Counted from the first letter of the stretch, positions 38,830 to 53,849 are shown. The stretch is DNA of 64,000 nt from the human T2T-CHM13v2.0 reference genome, Homo sapiens (GCF_009914755.1 NC_060942.1); one strand, 5' to 3'. The notes: generated from the letters alone by a model not told the origin. A program made the numbers and translations.

Positions 38830-41800
38830 ATTTTGTAAAAGTTTTGAAATGATTATAGATTCACAGCAAGTTGCAAAGATAATACAGAGAGGTCCCATAT
38901 AGCCTTCCCCCATCTTCCCCATTGGTTACCTTAAGTAACTGTAGTAAAATATTAACATCAAGAAATTAACTTTGGTACCTTGTACAGTTCTATATTATTC
39001 ATCATGTGAGTAGAATGGAATAACTGCAATCAAGATACAAAAACATTCCAAGTTCAAAGATTTCTCTCTGCTGCATTTTCATAGTCAAAAATCACCCAGC
39101 ACCTCGCTATCCCCTATAACCACTAATCTGTCTTCCAACTCTGCAATTTGATTGTTTCAGGAATGGTCATAGATAAGTCACACATTATGTAACCTTTCAA
39201 AATTGGCTCCTTTCCCTCAACATAATGCCTGTGAGATTCGTCCACGCTGTTGGAATTGTCAATGATGTGTTCCTTTCCACTGCTGAGTCTCTTTTCACAG
39301 TGTGGATGCACCACAGATTCTCTAACCATTCACTTATTATAGGCTACTTCGGCTGTTTTGAATCTTTAGCTGTTACTAGAAAAGCTGCTATAAACATTTG
39401 TGCCTAAGATTTTGTATGAATATAGATCTGTAATTCTCTGGGATATGTGCTCAGGAATATAATTGTTGGATCAGTTGATAGTTGCATGTTTAGTTTTCTT
39501 CTTTTAATTCCCATTTTTTTCTCCCTAATATCTGTACCATTTCATATTCTCACCTGTGATGTCTGAGTGATCCAGTTACTCCACATGCTCACCAGCATTT
39601 GGTGTTGTCTACGTATTTCAGCCATTCTGAAAAAACATTCAGTGGTACACCATGGCTTTAACTTGCATTCCCCTATTAACTAAAGATATTGAATGCCTTT
39701 TCATGAACTTGTTTGCCATCTGTGTATTTTCCTTGATGAAATGTCTCTCCTGATTTTTGCCCAGGTTGTAATTGGATTGTTTGCTTTCCAATCTGTAAGC
39801 AGAATATGTCTCTAAATTATGTATCTTCTTTGATTTCTTTCTGAATGTTTTTGCAGTTTTCAGCATACAAATATTGTATATGTTTTGTTAGATTTATATC
39901 CAAGCATTTTTTGAGTGATTGTACATGGTATTTTATTTTAAATTTTGGTATCCATATATTCGTAGATACTATACAGAAAATGTATTTTGCATGTTCATCT
40001 TGCATCCTGTGAACTCACTCAACCCATGTATTAGTTCTGAAAACTTTTATCTGTCCTTCTTAATAGCTTGAGGTACATAACCATGTGATCTGCAAATCGG
40101 AACAGTTTTCTTCCTTTCTGATAAGGATGAATGTTATTTCCTTTTATTGACTTATTGTACTGGATAGAACTTCCAGCATCATGTTGAACAAAAGTGATAA
40201 AAGTAAACATCCTTGCTTTGTTCCCTGTTTTAGAGGGAAGGCATTAGATGTTTTGTCATTAAGTATAATGTTAGGTGTAAGTTTTTTGGAAATACTCTTT
40301 ATCAAGTCCATCTTTTTTCTGAGAGTTATATCATGAATAGATGTTCAATTTTGTTACATGCTTTTTGTTCACTGATTGATATGATCGTGTAGTTTTTTTT
40401 AGCCTATTAATAAGTTGGATTATACTGATTGATTTTCCAAGACTGAACTTGCCTTGCACCCCTTGAATAAACCTCATGTAATCATGGTATATGATTTTTT
40501 ATATATTGCTGAATTCTGATTGGTAATCTTTTGTTAAGGATTTCTGCGTCTATATTCACAAGCATTATTGATTATTAATCTCTAGTTTTATTTTCCTTTT
40601 CTGTATTGTCTATTTTGGTATCAAGATAATACTAGCTTCATAAAATGAAATAAGAGTGCTCCCATCTCCTCTATTTCTTGGATGAAATTATGTAGAATTG
40701 AAATTAAGTTCTCCTGTGAAACCATATTAGTCTGGGGATTTCTCTTCTGAGAGTTTTAAAATTTATTTTTCCTAATAATTATAGGACTATTCAAATAATT
40801 TCATATTGGGTGAGTTGAGGTAGTTGGGTATTTTTAAGGAACTTATCCATGTCACCTAAGTGGGTGAATGTGTGTGTGTAGAGTTGCTCTTTAGAGTCAG
40901 CTATTATGTTTTTGATGTCTGCATGATCTCTAGTGATGTCTCTTATTTCCTCCTTGATGTTCATAATTTGTGTCTTCTTTCTTTGTTTCTTTGTCAATAT
41001 TGTCAAGAAGAGTGCCAATTCTTTGATTTTTTTCAAATAACCAGTGATTTTCTCTTATTGTTTTTGTGTCTTTGGTTTCACTGATTTCTGCTCTTGTCTT
41101 TATTACTCCTTTTCTTCTAATTTGCACTTGTTTTACTCTTCATTTTCTAGGCTCTTGAAGTGGAAACTTAGGCTATTTGATTTTTTCCCTCTGTCTTTAA
41201 TGTAAGCATTCAGTTCTATAAATTTCTCTCTCAGCCATGTTTTAGCTTTGTCCCACAAATTTTGACATTTTTTCACTTTCATTAAGTTCAATATATTTTT
41301 TATTTTCCTTGAAACTCAGTTTTTGACCCTTGGGTTATTTAGAAATATGCTGTTTAGTTTCCAAATGTTTGAAGATTTTACTATTATCTATTACCAGTTT
41401 GACTTTATTGTGGCCATGAACCTACGTTCTGTGCTCATACTCTGTATGATTTCAATTTTATAATTTGTTGACTTTAGTTTTCTGTCTACTCGTTTTTATG
41501 TTTCATCTGTATAAGTAAATTGGAGAAATCTTCATCCCTGTGTCCCTTTCTTTTCCTCCTTTGTAATATGTTTTTCTTGAATATTTCCTTGATGTAATGT
41601 AAGAACCATTTGATATGGTATTAAAGTTTTTGCCTCAAATGCCAAACATAATTTAAAAATCTCAAGAGGAAAATGAATATTTATCATTTATCCATATTTT
41701 TACTCTTCTTTGTTCTTTATTTCTGGTGTTCCAAAATTCCTTCTTTTATCCTCTTTGTTTTTGTTTAGAGAACTACATTTAGCTATTTTTTGTAGGGTAG

Positions 41801-43240
41801 GGATACTAACCATCCATCTCTCAGTTTTCCTTCAGCTGAGAATTTCTTGATTCCCCTCAGTACTGGAACATACTTTCACTGGATATAGAATTCTATGTTG
41901 ATAATTCTTTTCTTCCAGAATTTGAAAATGATGCCTTGCTGGTTTCTTATGAGAAATCCACTATCACATGAATGTTTTCCCTCTGGGTGAGGTGTTAGTG
42001 CGCTTTCTTCCTGCTCCTTTTTTTTCTTTGTGTTTAATTTTCAGATGGTTTACTAAGACGCGTCTTGGTGTAGATTTGTTTCTTTGTTTGGTTGGTTATG
42101 CTGCTTGGATTTTGCCCAGTTTCTTCAATCTCTTGTTGTTCAATGCCTTTTACCAAATTTGTTAAATTTTCAGATACTTTTACTTCAAGTGTTGTTCAAT
42201 CCTACCTTCTTTTTTTTTCTCTTTCTGGGGTTCGGATGGCATGAATTTTAGATTTTTTTGTGTGTGATAACACCATATGTCTTCAGATCCTTTTTTTGTT
42301 TGTTTTCAATCTACTGTTCTCTCTATTGTTCTGTTTGAATACTTTTTATTGTTTTCTCTTCAGTTCGCTGTTTGTTTGCTTTATTTCCTCTGCTCTGCTG
42401 TTTAGAAAATCCATTGACTTTCATTTCTTTAATTAGACTTTTATAGTTTTTAGTTTTAAAATTTCTATTTGGTTCTTTTTTATATCATTCACTTCTGGGC
42501 TGAGGCGTTCCTTTTTTTTTCATTTGTTTCAAGTATGTGCATAGTTGCTCATTGCAGCATTTTTATGATGACTGCTTTAAAATCTTTGTCAGATAATTCT
42601 AACATCTTGGTATTCTTCGTATTGGCATCTACTGATGGCATTCTTCATTTGGTTTGAAGTCTTCCTGCCTCTTGGCATGACAAATGGGTTTTGATTAAAT
42701 CCTGGACCCCTGCGTATTGTTATGAGACTCTGGATCTTCTTCCAGGTGGGAGTGGAAGCACAGTTTCCCTCTCAGCCTCCTTGACACCTGGAGGGAGCAG
42801 GAATGCCTTGCTGCTCTTTTCCGCACAGTTGCCACTGGCACCTGCTCGGTGGGGATCTTCGTTGCCACTGGGTGATTGTAAAATTTCTGATTCTCCACTA
42901 GGCTTCTTCTGACAGGACCCCTGGCTTGTCACCGCCAGCTAAGAGTGAAGGTTCTGGGCTCCCCTCGTCTGTCTGATCTGCCCCCCTTCACCCGGCAGGG
43001 ATGTGAGACACTACTCTGCTTTCGGCTTTCTCCAACACTGCCAGGCAAAGGAATTGAGTTCCCTTTTTATGGCCTGGTGAAGGTGGAAATCTGGGCTTTC
43101 CCTGGTCCGTTGCTGGCAGAAGTAGAAGTCAGAATTGAGTATTTCCATGGTGTTTGGCTGGAATGGGACTGTTATTTTCTAAACGTTTCCTCTCTTGCTA
43201 GGCTGGCTTTTCCCTGGTCCTTTGTCTAGATAGAACACAC
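38830..43240 (-). mobile_element. Old L1MC/MD-type element (3'UTR, ORF2 and more 5' remnants)
   Basis: 3' end tagattcacagcaagttgcaaagataatacagagaggtccc. Minus-strand peptide LTKKQRKKTQIMNIKEEIRDITRDHADIKNII matches L1 ORF2. Less certain beyond about 41500. Confidence 0.82.
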
Positions 43241-43244
43241 TTTT

Positions 43245-43510
43245 GTTGTGTTTGTTTATGCATGCCCAAGCATATGTGCATGTGTGTTTATGTGTGTATG
43301 CATGTGTGTATGTGCATGCATGTTTTTATGCATGAGTGTGCATGTTCATGTGTTTGTGTGTGCATGCATGTGTGTGTGCATGTGTGTATGTGTGCATGTG
43401 TATGTGTTTGTATGTGTGTTGTGTGCATGTGCGTGTTCATGTGTGCATATGTGTGTATGTGTGTGCATGTGTGTGTATGTGTGTATATGCATGTGTGTTT
43501 GTGTATCTGC
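43245..43510. repeat. Degenerate (TG)n/(CATG) simple repeat
   Basis: tgtgtgcatgtgtgtatg-type array that yields the CV-rich pseudo-ORFs. Confidence 0.93.
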
Positions 43511-43629
43511 ACTTTTTTAGTGCATCCAGGTGATTACTTCTCTAGAAACTCATCTGGTAAACATGTGGCAAAAAAGAGGCCCAGCCAACTCACTGCTGTG
43601 TTGCTCCTGCCCAAGGTTCTGTGGTCCTG

Positions 43630-43993
43630 TGATGTGGTTTGGTTGTGTCCCCACCTAAAATTATATTGTAGCTCCCATAATTCCTGTGTGTTATGGGAGG
43701 TACCTGGTGGGAGATAATTCAGTCATGGGGGCGGGTCTTTCCCATGCTGTTCTTGTGATAGTGAGTAAGTCTCAATAGATTTAATGGCTTTAAAAACAGG
43801 CATTTCCCTGCACAAGTTCTCTCTTTGCCTGCCGCCATACACATAAGATGTGACTTTGCTCCTCCTTGCCTTCTGCCATGATTGTAAGGCCTTCCCAGCC
43901 ATGTGGAACTGTAAGTTCATTAAACCTTTTTCTTTTGTAAGTTGGCCAATTTCAGGTATGTCTTTATCAGAAGTGTGAAAATGGATTAATACA
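43630..43993 (+). mobile_element. THE1 solo LTR (THE1B/C-like)
   Basis: tgatgtggtttggttgtgtccccacc...gtgtgaaaatggattaataca. Flanks tcctg/ccctg. Confidence 0.92.
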
Positions 43994-46900
43994 CCCTGCC
44001 CATCTACCTTCCTCCCTCCACCCTTGGAATCCTGTGTTTGGTTTGCATACCATGTTCATGGTGATTAGTTGTCAGGGGAAAAAGAAAATATGCCTCTTTT
44101 CTAGCTTTCATGAAGTGGAAGTCTTGATTGGTTACCTTTCAGTTTTAACTATTTCCTGATTCCTTTACCTATGATGATATTGATTGATGGCAAACAACCT
44201 GGTGGCATGAAAAACACTAGGTACAAAGTCAAAAAACAAATGTGGGTGTTTGCTTTTCAACTTGCAAAGAAAACACTGAAGACATAATAATGAATATGCA
44301 ATAGAATGTAAGCATAAGTAGGCATCTGACAGACTGGTGGTGTCACAGAAAGAGTGAGGTAGAAGAAGGGAACTAATGGTAGTTAACGGTCTTTGGCCTC
44401 ACCAGGTTCCTAGAAGGCTGTGTGGTGAGCAGTTAAAAATATATACAGTTGAATCACATTTTGTCTGTTATACCCGTCAATTCCTACCTATCTTTCCTCT
44501 GTCCAGCTTTTCAGGGTGAACTTCTCGTTAATAGCAGATGTAGTCTCATTACACTCAGAATCAAAAATATCCAACAAGGTATCATGAAAATCACTCCAGC
44601 CTAAAGAACCTTGAGGATTTGGAAACAATCCTGACTGCTTCTCTAAAACTTTGGCAGTGTCAGAAACGTGCTGTACTTTATCTTGGTGCAACCCTCCCCT
44701 CCTCCCCAGCTAATATTTTGCTCCTTGAGAAACCAGGCTGTTTATTTTGTTCTTTCCCGTGTAGGGTTTTGGTATATGCTAGACATTCTCTCTGCTGTTT
44801 ATTTCAGGGAACTGGAAAGTTGGCTCACAGTTGGACTGGATCTGTCTTGCCCTGATTAGGTGACACTCAGCCCACATCCCCTCCATGTGTCTGCCTTGGT
44901 TCCTTTGGTTTTCACTCCACTTCCCTGGCTTTGAGCCACCTCCCCTCCCAGCATGCCCATGTTCTCACCTCTGCTAAGACCAGGTGCTAATTACCCAGAT
45001 GCCTATCATTAAAGAAACTGTGGTGGAAATATCTTTTTACTGTATCAAACAAAGTAAATCATTTTACAACTTTGCAAATCATTCCCTATTAAATTAATGT
45101 TTTAACTGTGCATACCATAGTGGGACTTCATAAAGTGTGTGCCCATGATTATTTTGGTTAAAAGTCAAAGACGTGAATCAGGGAAGCTAAGAGAAGAGCC
45201 GCTGTCATGCTCCTGCGTCTCAGGGAGTCTTCCTACTTAGTGACTCCCAGGACAGGCTGTGAGTTAGAGTTCCCTGGTAGGTCGTTTGAGAACTGCTAAT
45301 CTCCACTCCCTCCCAAAATGATCCAGTCATAATCTCTTAGAGGTGGTGTCCGGGCAAAGGATGGGGCTGTCTCCATCAACTTAGAGCCTGAAATTCAGAC
45401 ATATTTCTGCACTCTGTAACACATCAGAGTGATTTGACATACAACTTAGCTTTTGATAGGATCTGATTTGACATTGCAAAATAACTGAAATAGAAAAATA
45501 TCTTGAATATATGTGTCCATAATAAGACAATTATTAAGAAATTATGTGGTTTCATAATTTAAACCCATTAACAAAATAATGCAATAGCAATGGTCTTATC
45601 CTTCCTCATGGAAACTTCCATGAGGCCCCTGTTTTATTGAGTCCTGCGTTTCTTTCCACTTGGGGACGCTTTGCTGCAATGTGGGGGTCCAGTTAGGTAG
45701 GGACGACCTATCCTAATGTCCTCCTTGCCCTTCACATTTTGGTTCAAAAAAGTAGGCTGTCAGGGGAATTGTTGTAGAGCTGGGTCTTCCACACCCTAAG
45801 AACAGGCAGGTAGCTATTTCCTCCTGTGTGAGCCTGCAGTCTTACCACGTTGGTACTCTGAGAGAAGATGCTTGGGCTGAATTTTGCAAAGAGAAAGTTG
45901 GCACCATTATCAGAGATTTCTATCTCTAATATCACAGAGGACAGAAATGAGCACCAGTGGCTCCATCCTACATAAACTATGGCCCCTTTGCAGTTCCCTG
46001 AAATACATGAGCCCCCTGAGGTTGGACCCACAGTCAGTGGCTGGGCTACTCCTTGGTCTTGCTGAGTAGTGGCTCAGAGTCAAATTTGCTTTGATTTATA
46101 CAAATTAAGTAATTATTCTCATATGTTTACACTGCCCATGCCTTATCTCCACTTTGTCTAGGACCTGCCTAACCAAGGAAGCTTTTGGGGTGAAATGTGA
46201 GGTCATGAGATACTGACGTCCCCACACCCAGTCCTGCAGCCGCCTTGTCTCCCTCGTCTGTGTGTCGTTGACCAAGACAGTGGTTCCATAGTCACTGCCA
46301 AGAACACTGACCCAAGATTCCTGCCTCATTGAAAGGAATAGTGTCCCCTGATGAAGCTCCCCGATAGCTCAAGGTCAGCTAAAGAATGGAGCTGCTCCTG
46401 GTGTGTCTCTGTGGCCTCAGTTCCTGTGCACTGAGATGCAGTTTAGTGAGCTCACTTCAGTCCCCCCGTGATAGTTAGAAGAAAATATCAACATTGAAGG
46501 TTAAAAACACCAACCACTAGAGATGGTACTGAACTTCTACTAATGGTGATTGATGTATTTCTTTCTTACACATAAACTGTAAAATCTCTATCTTCAGATT
46601 AATACATACAGACTAACAATGTCAGGTTTGCTATTTACATTTAAATTAAAATATTTAAGATTTGAAAGTGTTATATTGATTCTAAATGTTTAAAGCTGTT
46701 GGAGGGCCTCGCCCTTTGTGTCTTTCCACTGGCATTGGTGTGTGACCAACAATGGAGCCCAGAAGGCCCCTGGGGATGATACAGACCACCGAGGGGCCCA
46801 TTTGCTCACATTTGCAACTGGGTGGGAGGGAGGAGAAAGGAGGCTCTCAAATGTCATCCAGAAAGGACCTTATTCCTTTGCTACCACTTCCTGTGCTTTT

Positions 46901-47479
46901 CATTAAAACCCAAAGCCTTTTGTTCATCTATTTAAACAAAAAAGTAAAAAGAAAAATCTGGGCTCTGATTATAGCCTGGCTCCACCTTCTTCCAGCCTGC
47001 GCATCACTCATTCTCACTTTGGGGTAGATTGGCGAAGTAAATTAAAGTGTACACACTCACGCACACAGAGAAAGGAGGGGGGAATACAACTAAGCACACA
47101 TGACCCAGCCTTTTTTTCTGAGCTCCCGTTTCTGTCAGTGACAACACAGTAGCAGCCAGGGTTGACAGCCACGTGTGTGCTTGACACCTGCTGTAAACTC
47201 TTATCTTCCTTTACTGCCGTTTTTGTAAACACGTATGAATCATAGTTCTCTTGTGCCTTAAGCTGAGCAAGAGTTGCTTTTCTTGGAGCCTGGCCAGCTG
47301 CTGATGGAAATCCACTTCCTGTGCAGAGATGTGCTGTTCCTGCCCTCAGCATGGCCTGTGGTTCCATCCAAGGCACTTCTCCCTTGGGCATCCATGAGGG
47401 TTCATTTTTCCTCATGAGGGATTGGGAGACTGTCATTAGAAAAGTGGGAAAAATAGCAAATATTGCAATAATCCAGGCT

Positions 47480-47750
47480 TCCTTATTCATTCAGTAATAA
47501 TTGAGCACCTGCCATGTGCAATACGATTCCGGAGTCTGGGAACACCTTACAGGGTAAGTCACACAAAGACTTCCACCTGCCGGAGCTCACATTTCAGGAA
47601 TAGAAGGGCAGCTACAATTAATAAACATGATAAGTAAGGTGTATATTATGTCAGAAAGTGAAAAGTAGCATGCAGAGAAGTTCATGTAGAGAAAGATAAG
47701 AGAGATCAGGAGTTGATCAGGAAGCGGGAGCGGGTGTTTTAATAGTTGTG
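47480..47750 (-). mobile_element. L2 fragment
   Basis: ttattcattcagtaataattgagcacctgccatgtgca...ggagctcacatt...aaagtgaaaagtagcatg. Confidence 0.55.
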
Positions 47751-50700
47751 TTGAGTATGTAGACCTGATTCTCTCCATCATTCCAGACCCAGAAAGAGCC
47801 TCATTTTGTCTAATTCTTCCCAAGTTGTTGATGAGTGTAGTGGGGTGAGGCAAGTTCTCTTGTTCCATCTTGTTCACACTATCATTGGATTTCTCTTTTC
47901 TCCATTACTTCAACTTTATAGAATTAAATGCTACTCCCAAAAGGCTAATTGAAAGAGCAAATCTGCCCCAAAACTTAAAAAGGAATTCTCCTTTTCACAC
48001 AGATAATCCAGGGAATGGACACAAATGAATCTTGGACATTTCTCTACTAGTATTTGAAATGTGTCCTAATGGAAAAGACCAAGTGTTTTCTCTTGAGAAT
48101 GAATAAATGTCAGGTCCAAGGAGCTGGAAGTTTATGGGGCTGTTTATCACGTGGACAGTGCAGAAGTGGTCCAGGAAGTGTCTCTCCAGACAGGCACCAT
48201 GCAGCCCAATGAGCCATGCTGTGCCTTTGTGGACCTTCTTCCTAGGAAGCATGGTGACTGGGACGACCAGCCAACAATGACACCTGCTGATGAACAAAGG
48301 CTGATTCAAACAATTGGCCGTAAACATTCGAATAAGTTCTATAGATTTAACTCACTCCTGAAAATTTCCACAAGCAGAATTCGGAATGTTTATAGCTTTT
48401 TTATTCTATCTTGTTCATTTTGCCATTATATTTTCCTTAAAGTTGATTATTTATTTATGGGAAACTCCAAAGTGCAAATTACTTTTTATCAAACTTTATA
48501 TGCTTTTTCCTCTCAGTTCTGGTCCTAACCCAGAACTTCATCCCTCACCTCTTGAATTTTGGAAAAGCCTTCTTGAGGAACTATTTAAATTTACCTTCTA
48601 GATTCATTTTGCATATTGTTGCAAGACAGTTCATGGGCTTTAAAAAGTATACTTTTCCTCCTTAAATGAGGATCTCTGTCTGCTTTCCTGCTAGTTTTTG
48701 TGAAAGACATGTGAAGCCTTTCATACTTGTTCTATTAATTAGTTGTTATTCTATTATTAGTTGCTATACATGTTCTGTTATATTTACTGATCCATCTTAA
48801 ATATGCCGTAATCATTTTCACTCAATATTTTTTACTACTTCCCTCTTTACTAGAATATGCCTCTTGATCCCCTGAATGTATTTTAATTCTACTCATCATT
48901 ACAAACCAAATTAATTCTAACATATTCCATAAAGCTTTCTTCGACAATTGCAAAACCCATTGACTCATTTATGAAACCAATACTCACTGAATGTCTACTA
49001 AATGCCAGATACTATTGAGGTACTTGATTTAGGGAATCCAGTAAGCCAAATAGAAACACTTGCCCTTGTGGATAATTTTTAACTTAGAAGAATGTACCAT
49101 TGTTCACAAATAAAACCATATTTTATATTTTATAAATATTAAACAATTTTTAATAAATATAGGTATGTATTTACAGTTTTGCCTCCATAGCATACAAGTT
49201 CTTCAAGTGCAATCATGCTTCCGTTTGAAATAAATCATATGTGTAGCCTACATATTTTCCAAAACAAAAGTTACTAAGTTAATTACTTATTAATTCTAAG
49301 ATTTTTGTATGCTCAAGTTTAAAATTGGCTATAGTAGAACTTTCAAGCTCTTAGAAATGTAGAAGAGGAATTTACAATTCTTTTGGTTTACAGATAAGGA
49401 AAATAAAATCTTTCAACTTACTTACAATGTCAGCCAGTTTATGGTGTCTACAATGCTAAATGTAAAGTTATGCCATTGAATCATTTTTCTCTGAAATTTA
49501 AAGGTAATACCCTTTAAAAATAAAACAACAAAATGTGTATAGAAGTCATGTGTAGAAACTGTCGACCCTAACCAGTAAGTTACAAATGAGGAGCAGGAAA
49601 TTCTATAATATACAAGTTTCAATAAAGGTGATGATGTCTATTCTTGGGAGATTATTACTACATTGAGAGTGTGTGTGTGCATGCATTTGTGTATGTGGAG
49701 TCTGAAAAAGTCTGAAAATTTTATTATACTCACTGTACCCACTCTGAAATGAAAATGTGTTGGTTGATAAAAAATGCTCTGAAAAAAATTACTTCTGGAA
49801 AAGAGATTATCAAGAAATTATTTCCCAATGTGTTTCCCACACTATTCAGATAAGAAGGGACCCTGGCCTGGGGACTTTGGAATTTGGTCTCTGACAAGTG
49901 CATTCTCAAAGTATAACTGGATACATGGCATCTCTTCTCTCTTTTTTCATTGATCTCTAACTGTATTAGTTATTAGTATAGATATCAAAAACAATGAGAT
50001 AAAATTACACCATACAGTTTTTAGTGTTTATTTTTTAGTTGTGAGTTTCAGGTAATTCAAATGTTAACTTTTAACTAACTCCATTGTCTATTATGAATAT
50101 TTATTCCTTTTATAATTATTCAAATATGTTAGTTTAAAAAATATTTATGTAACAAATTTCCTCTTAAAATTTGTTTCAAGCACTGAATTAGCTACTAAGT
50201 ATACAAAGATTAACATAACAAAATCTCTGTTCCACTGACTTCATTATCTAGTAGGGAAAATACAAAAACAGATGTAAACAAAGAGATGTATGGGATTACA
50301 TAATTCTCTACGTAGACACGCAAAGATGGTATTGTAAACTATTGTATTTCAGTGACCAAAAAGCATGAAATAATGTGATATTCTATGCAATAAAATAGTG
50401 CACTGAGTGGTCCAACAGTTACTTGTTAAATAAAGCTTTGCAATTATGCCAATGCATACCATAAGTCTGAAAAATATGGATTTTTAAATAAAAAATCCCA
50501 CTCATAGAAATTTATCTTAGAGACATAATCAGTGATCTTTAAAAATATATACATATGTATAGAAGCACAGCAATATTGAGAAAAATATAAAAACTACGAA
50601 TCATCTAAGTTATCTAATTAAGTGGGATTGGTTTACTACATTAATTATAAACTGTTATGCAGTCATTAAAAATCATTTTATAGAAATATGTTGACTGATC

Positions 50701-51342
50701 TGTGAAAATGTCCCTGATATAATGTATGATTTTAAAAGTTTATAAAGTAATATTTACCAATATTTTTAAAGAAAAAAATAGGTTATTCTTGCACTTTTCT
50801 CTTTCTAAGCATGTGTTATTCTTGAGTTTCAAAGTAAAATCACATGATCATATCAATTGATGCACAGAAAGCATTTGAAAAATATCAACATCCATTTGTA
50901 ATAAAAACTCTCAGAAGGAAGGAATAGAAGGAGAAGTGATAGACAATGTTTACAAAAAGCCTATAGCTAACACTCTACTTAATCAGAAGATTCAATGCTG
51001 TCCCTTACAATTGGGTAAAGGACAAGAATGTCCACTGTAACCACTGCTATTCAACACAGTGCCAGCAGTTCTATCCATTGCAATAGGACAACAAAAATAA
51101 ACGTTTTTGCAGTTGTCATGATTGCAACTGCAACTTAAAATTTTTTAAGTTGTCTACTTAAAAAATTCCAAAGCTCTATATTAAAAAAAAATCCTCTTAG
51201 AACCAATAAAGGAGTTTTGTAAGGTTGCAAGATACAAGATAAATATACAAAATTTATTTGCATTTCTATATTTAGCAGTGAGCATGAGGACATAAAGTTA
51301 AAAATAAAATAACATTTACAATCAGTCAAAAAAAGAGAACTA

Positions 51343-52577
51343 TGTGGCAATGAGGTTTTTCACTTGCAAAAAAAACCACAAAATGTTTGGGTTTTCTTTC
51401 CTCACTCCACTGCCTGCCCCATCAACCAATTCTCTAATGCTAGCCAGATTTGTCTTAGTCAGTTAAGGTTGCTATAAAAAAGTATAGATGAGTGGCTTAT
51501 AGACAACAGAGACTTATTTCTCACAGTTCTGGAATCTGGAATTCTGAAATCAGGGTGCCAATATAGTTGGTTTCTGTTGAGGGCCCTCTTCAAGGTTGCA
51601 AACTGCTGACCTCTTTTTGTATCCTCACATGGCTGAAAGAGAAAGAGCTAGCTCTGGTCCTCTTCCTGTAAGGACACTAATACCATCACGAGGGTGCTGC
51701 CCTCATGACCTAATCACTTCCCAAAGGCCGTATCTACTAAGCCTCCTTGTTGGGGGTCAGGACTTGAACATATGGATTTTGGGGAGACACAGGCATGCAT
51801 TCCATGACAGTGGTTTACAATTCAGTTCGGTTCTAACTGCCTCCCTGTAGTTTGCATCAGGTGCCATGATTAAAGGTTCAGCCCTACAAGACTTACTCCA
51901 CTGTAAGTCCCAAGCCTCCCATACTTCTGACGAAACATCTATGAATGAAACATTCCCACAACCTTTCCCCTGGGTTTTATAATTTGCTGGAATGGCCCAC
52001 AGGCCTCAAGGAAACAGTGTATTTGTGATTACAGATTTATTATAAAGTATAAACTCACAGTCAAATGGAAGAGATGCACAGAGCAAGATGTGGGGAGGGC
52101 TGAGAAGCTTCCATACCCTCTCTCCGGGCACCTTGATTTGGTCACCACCCTGGAAGCTCTTTGAACCCCCCTGTTGTTCAGTTTTTTAATAGAGGTTCTA
52201 TTACCTAGGCATGATTAATTAAATCACTGGTTACTGGCAATTAACTCAATCTCCTTTCCCCAGAGGTTCAATGTTGGAGCTAAAGTCCCAACCCTGTAAT
52301 CACAGCTTGGTCTTTTTGGTGACAAGCCCCCATCTTGAAGCTCTCCAGGGGCTCCCAGGCACCAGTAATCTAATTAGCATCCAAAGAAAACCTCTCTTTT
52401 ATCACTCTAGAGATTCCAAAATTTTAAGAGCTGTATATAGAGAACTGAGTATAAAGAACAAATACTTTAACAAAAGAGGCTTTTATCACTGAGGAAATTA
52501 TAAGAGTTTTAAGAGCTGTGTACCAGGTACCAGGGAAATAACTAAATATATATTTTTTATTATACCACAATATCACA
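51343..52577. mobile_element. MER21 (MER21C-like) LTR
   Basis: TG...CA ends (tgtggcaatgagg ... accacaatatcaca), with aatttgctggaatggcccacag, taggcatgattaattaaatcactgg and ggtctttttggtgacaagccccc blocks. Confidence 0.75.
51451..51809 (-). mobile_element. MLT1A/A0-like LTR nested in MER21
   Basis: tgtcttagtc...ttatttctcacagttctgga...ccctcatgacctaatcacttcccaaaggcc...aacatatggattttggggagacaca. Confidence 0.85.
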
Positions 52578-53849
52578 AGTATAAGTCCAATAAAATGTAT
52601 GTATAATTTGTATGCTGAAAACTAAAGAAAATAAATAAATGGAAGAATATTCTGTGTTCATGGATTAGAAAATTCAAAATAGCAAATGTCAATTCTTTCC
52701 AAATTGATACACAAATTCAACAAAATTCCTATCAAAATTTTAAAAATGTTTGTAGATGTAAATAATTTTTTGAAGAAAATGTGTATGGAAAGACAGAGAA
52801 ACTAGAGTAGCTAAAGCAATTTTGAAAAGTTCAGTAAGACCAGATAGATTTAAAAATTGCCATGCAAATAAATAACTGCCATGAAGACAAAGTGTTGGTC
52901 AAAGAAGCTCTCTGGAGCAAATCCATCAGCAGAGGTCTTGGAAAGGGAGTGGTGGTCCCTTAGGGACCACCATCCTAATTGCTACTTTCCATTTCTCTTC
53001 CTTTTTAAAAGCTTTTTTCCACTTCTAGTTTTGTTTTATTTGAACTAGCTGTGTGTGGTTTTCGTTTAATTTTCTTTCTCTTGTACTAATTTGGACATTG
53101 TGGAATGTATAGTCTATTTTCATTTAGTTATAATCCTAGCTCCAAGCCAAAAATCATCATTTTGTTTGAATTGTTATAGTGGTCTCCTGAGTAGATTCTC
53201 AGCTTCCCCCTCCTCCCTAGCAGTGTTCTCTGGGGAGTGGTTGAAGTCACCCCTGAAAGGCAGGCTTTCTGGTTATTCCGCTCTAGTTTAATGGCCATTT
53301 TTCTCTGCTTTATTTCACTGTCTTCCAATTCCAATGCTGCTAACAAGAAGTCGGATTCCAGTGGCATTCTCTCCTTTTCATATCTTTCCTTTACCTTTTG
53401 CACTTGTAGCTTTACTAAGGTTTATCTCATCATGAGTTGTTATTCATTTTTTCTGTTTGAGATCTGTTGGGTTTTGAGGCTTGGTGTCTTTAATTCTAGA
53501 AATGTCTAATTACCTCTTTACCTATTCAATTTTTACCAGTCTGCCTTGGTTATTTTGATGGTCTTCAAAAATCATACTTTCTATGTACTCTCTCTCTTTC
53601 AGAGATGTTTTTAAAAACAAATAAACATATGTTATGGTTGGTACCTCATTAATTGAGGATCTGGTTTTGCTATTTTTCTGCTTGTCTTAACACTCTGAGG
53701 CATAATTAGTTTTTGGTTGTGTGTGTGTGTGTTATTATGAGCTTTTAATCACTGTGACGTTACCTGTGGGATCTGTTTAATGTGTGTTCCTCCAGAAGAT
53801 TTAGGAGAGTTCTAAACTATCATGGGATATGGCTTGCAGGTAGACATGG

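Larger units (their letters stand above)
50830..52830 (+). mobile_element. Old L1M ORF2 fragment split by a nested MER21/MLT1A
   Basis: aaaatcacatgatcatatcaattgatgcacagaaagcatttga encodes NHMIISIDAQKAF of ORF2. Resumes after 52577 with aaataaatggaagaatattctgtgttcatggattagaa. Confidence 0.85.

Noticed and set aside
43248-43717. Cys/Val-rich 151-aa ORF
   Set aside because: Translation of the (TG)n/(CATG) repeat running into a THE1 LTR.
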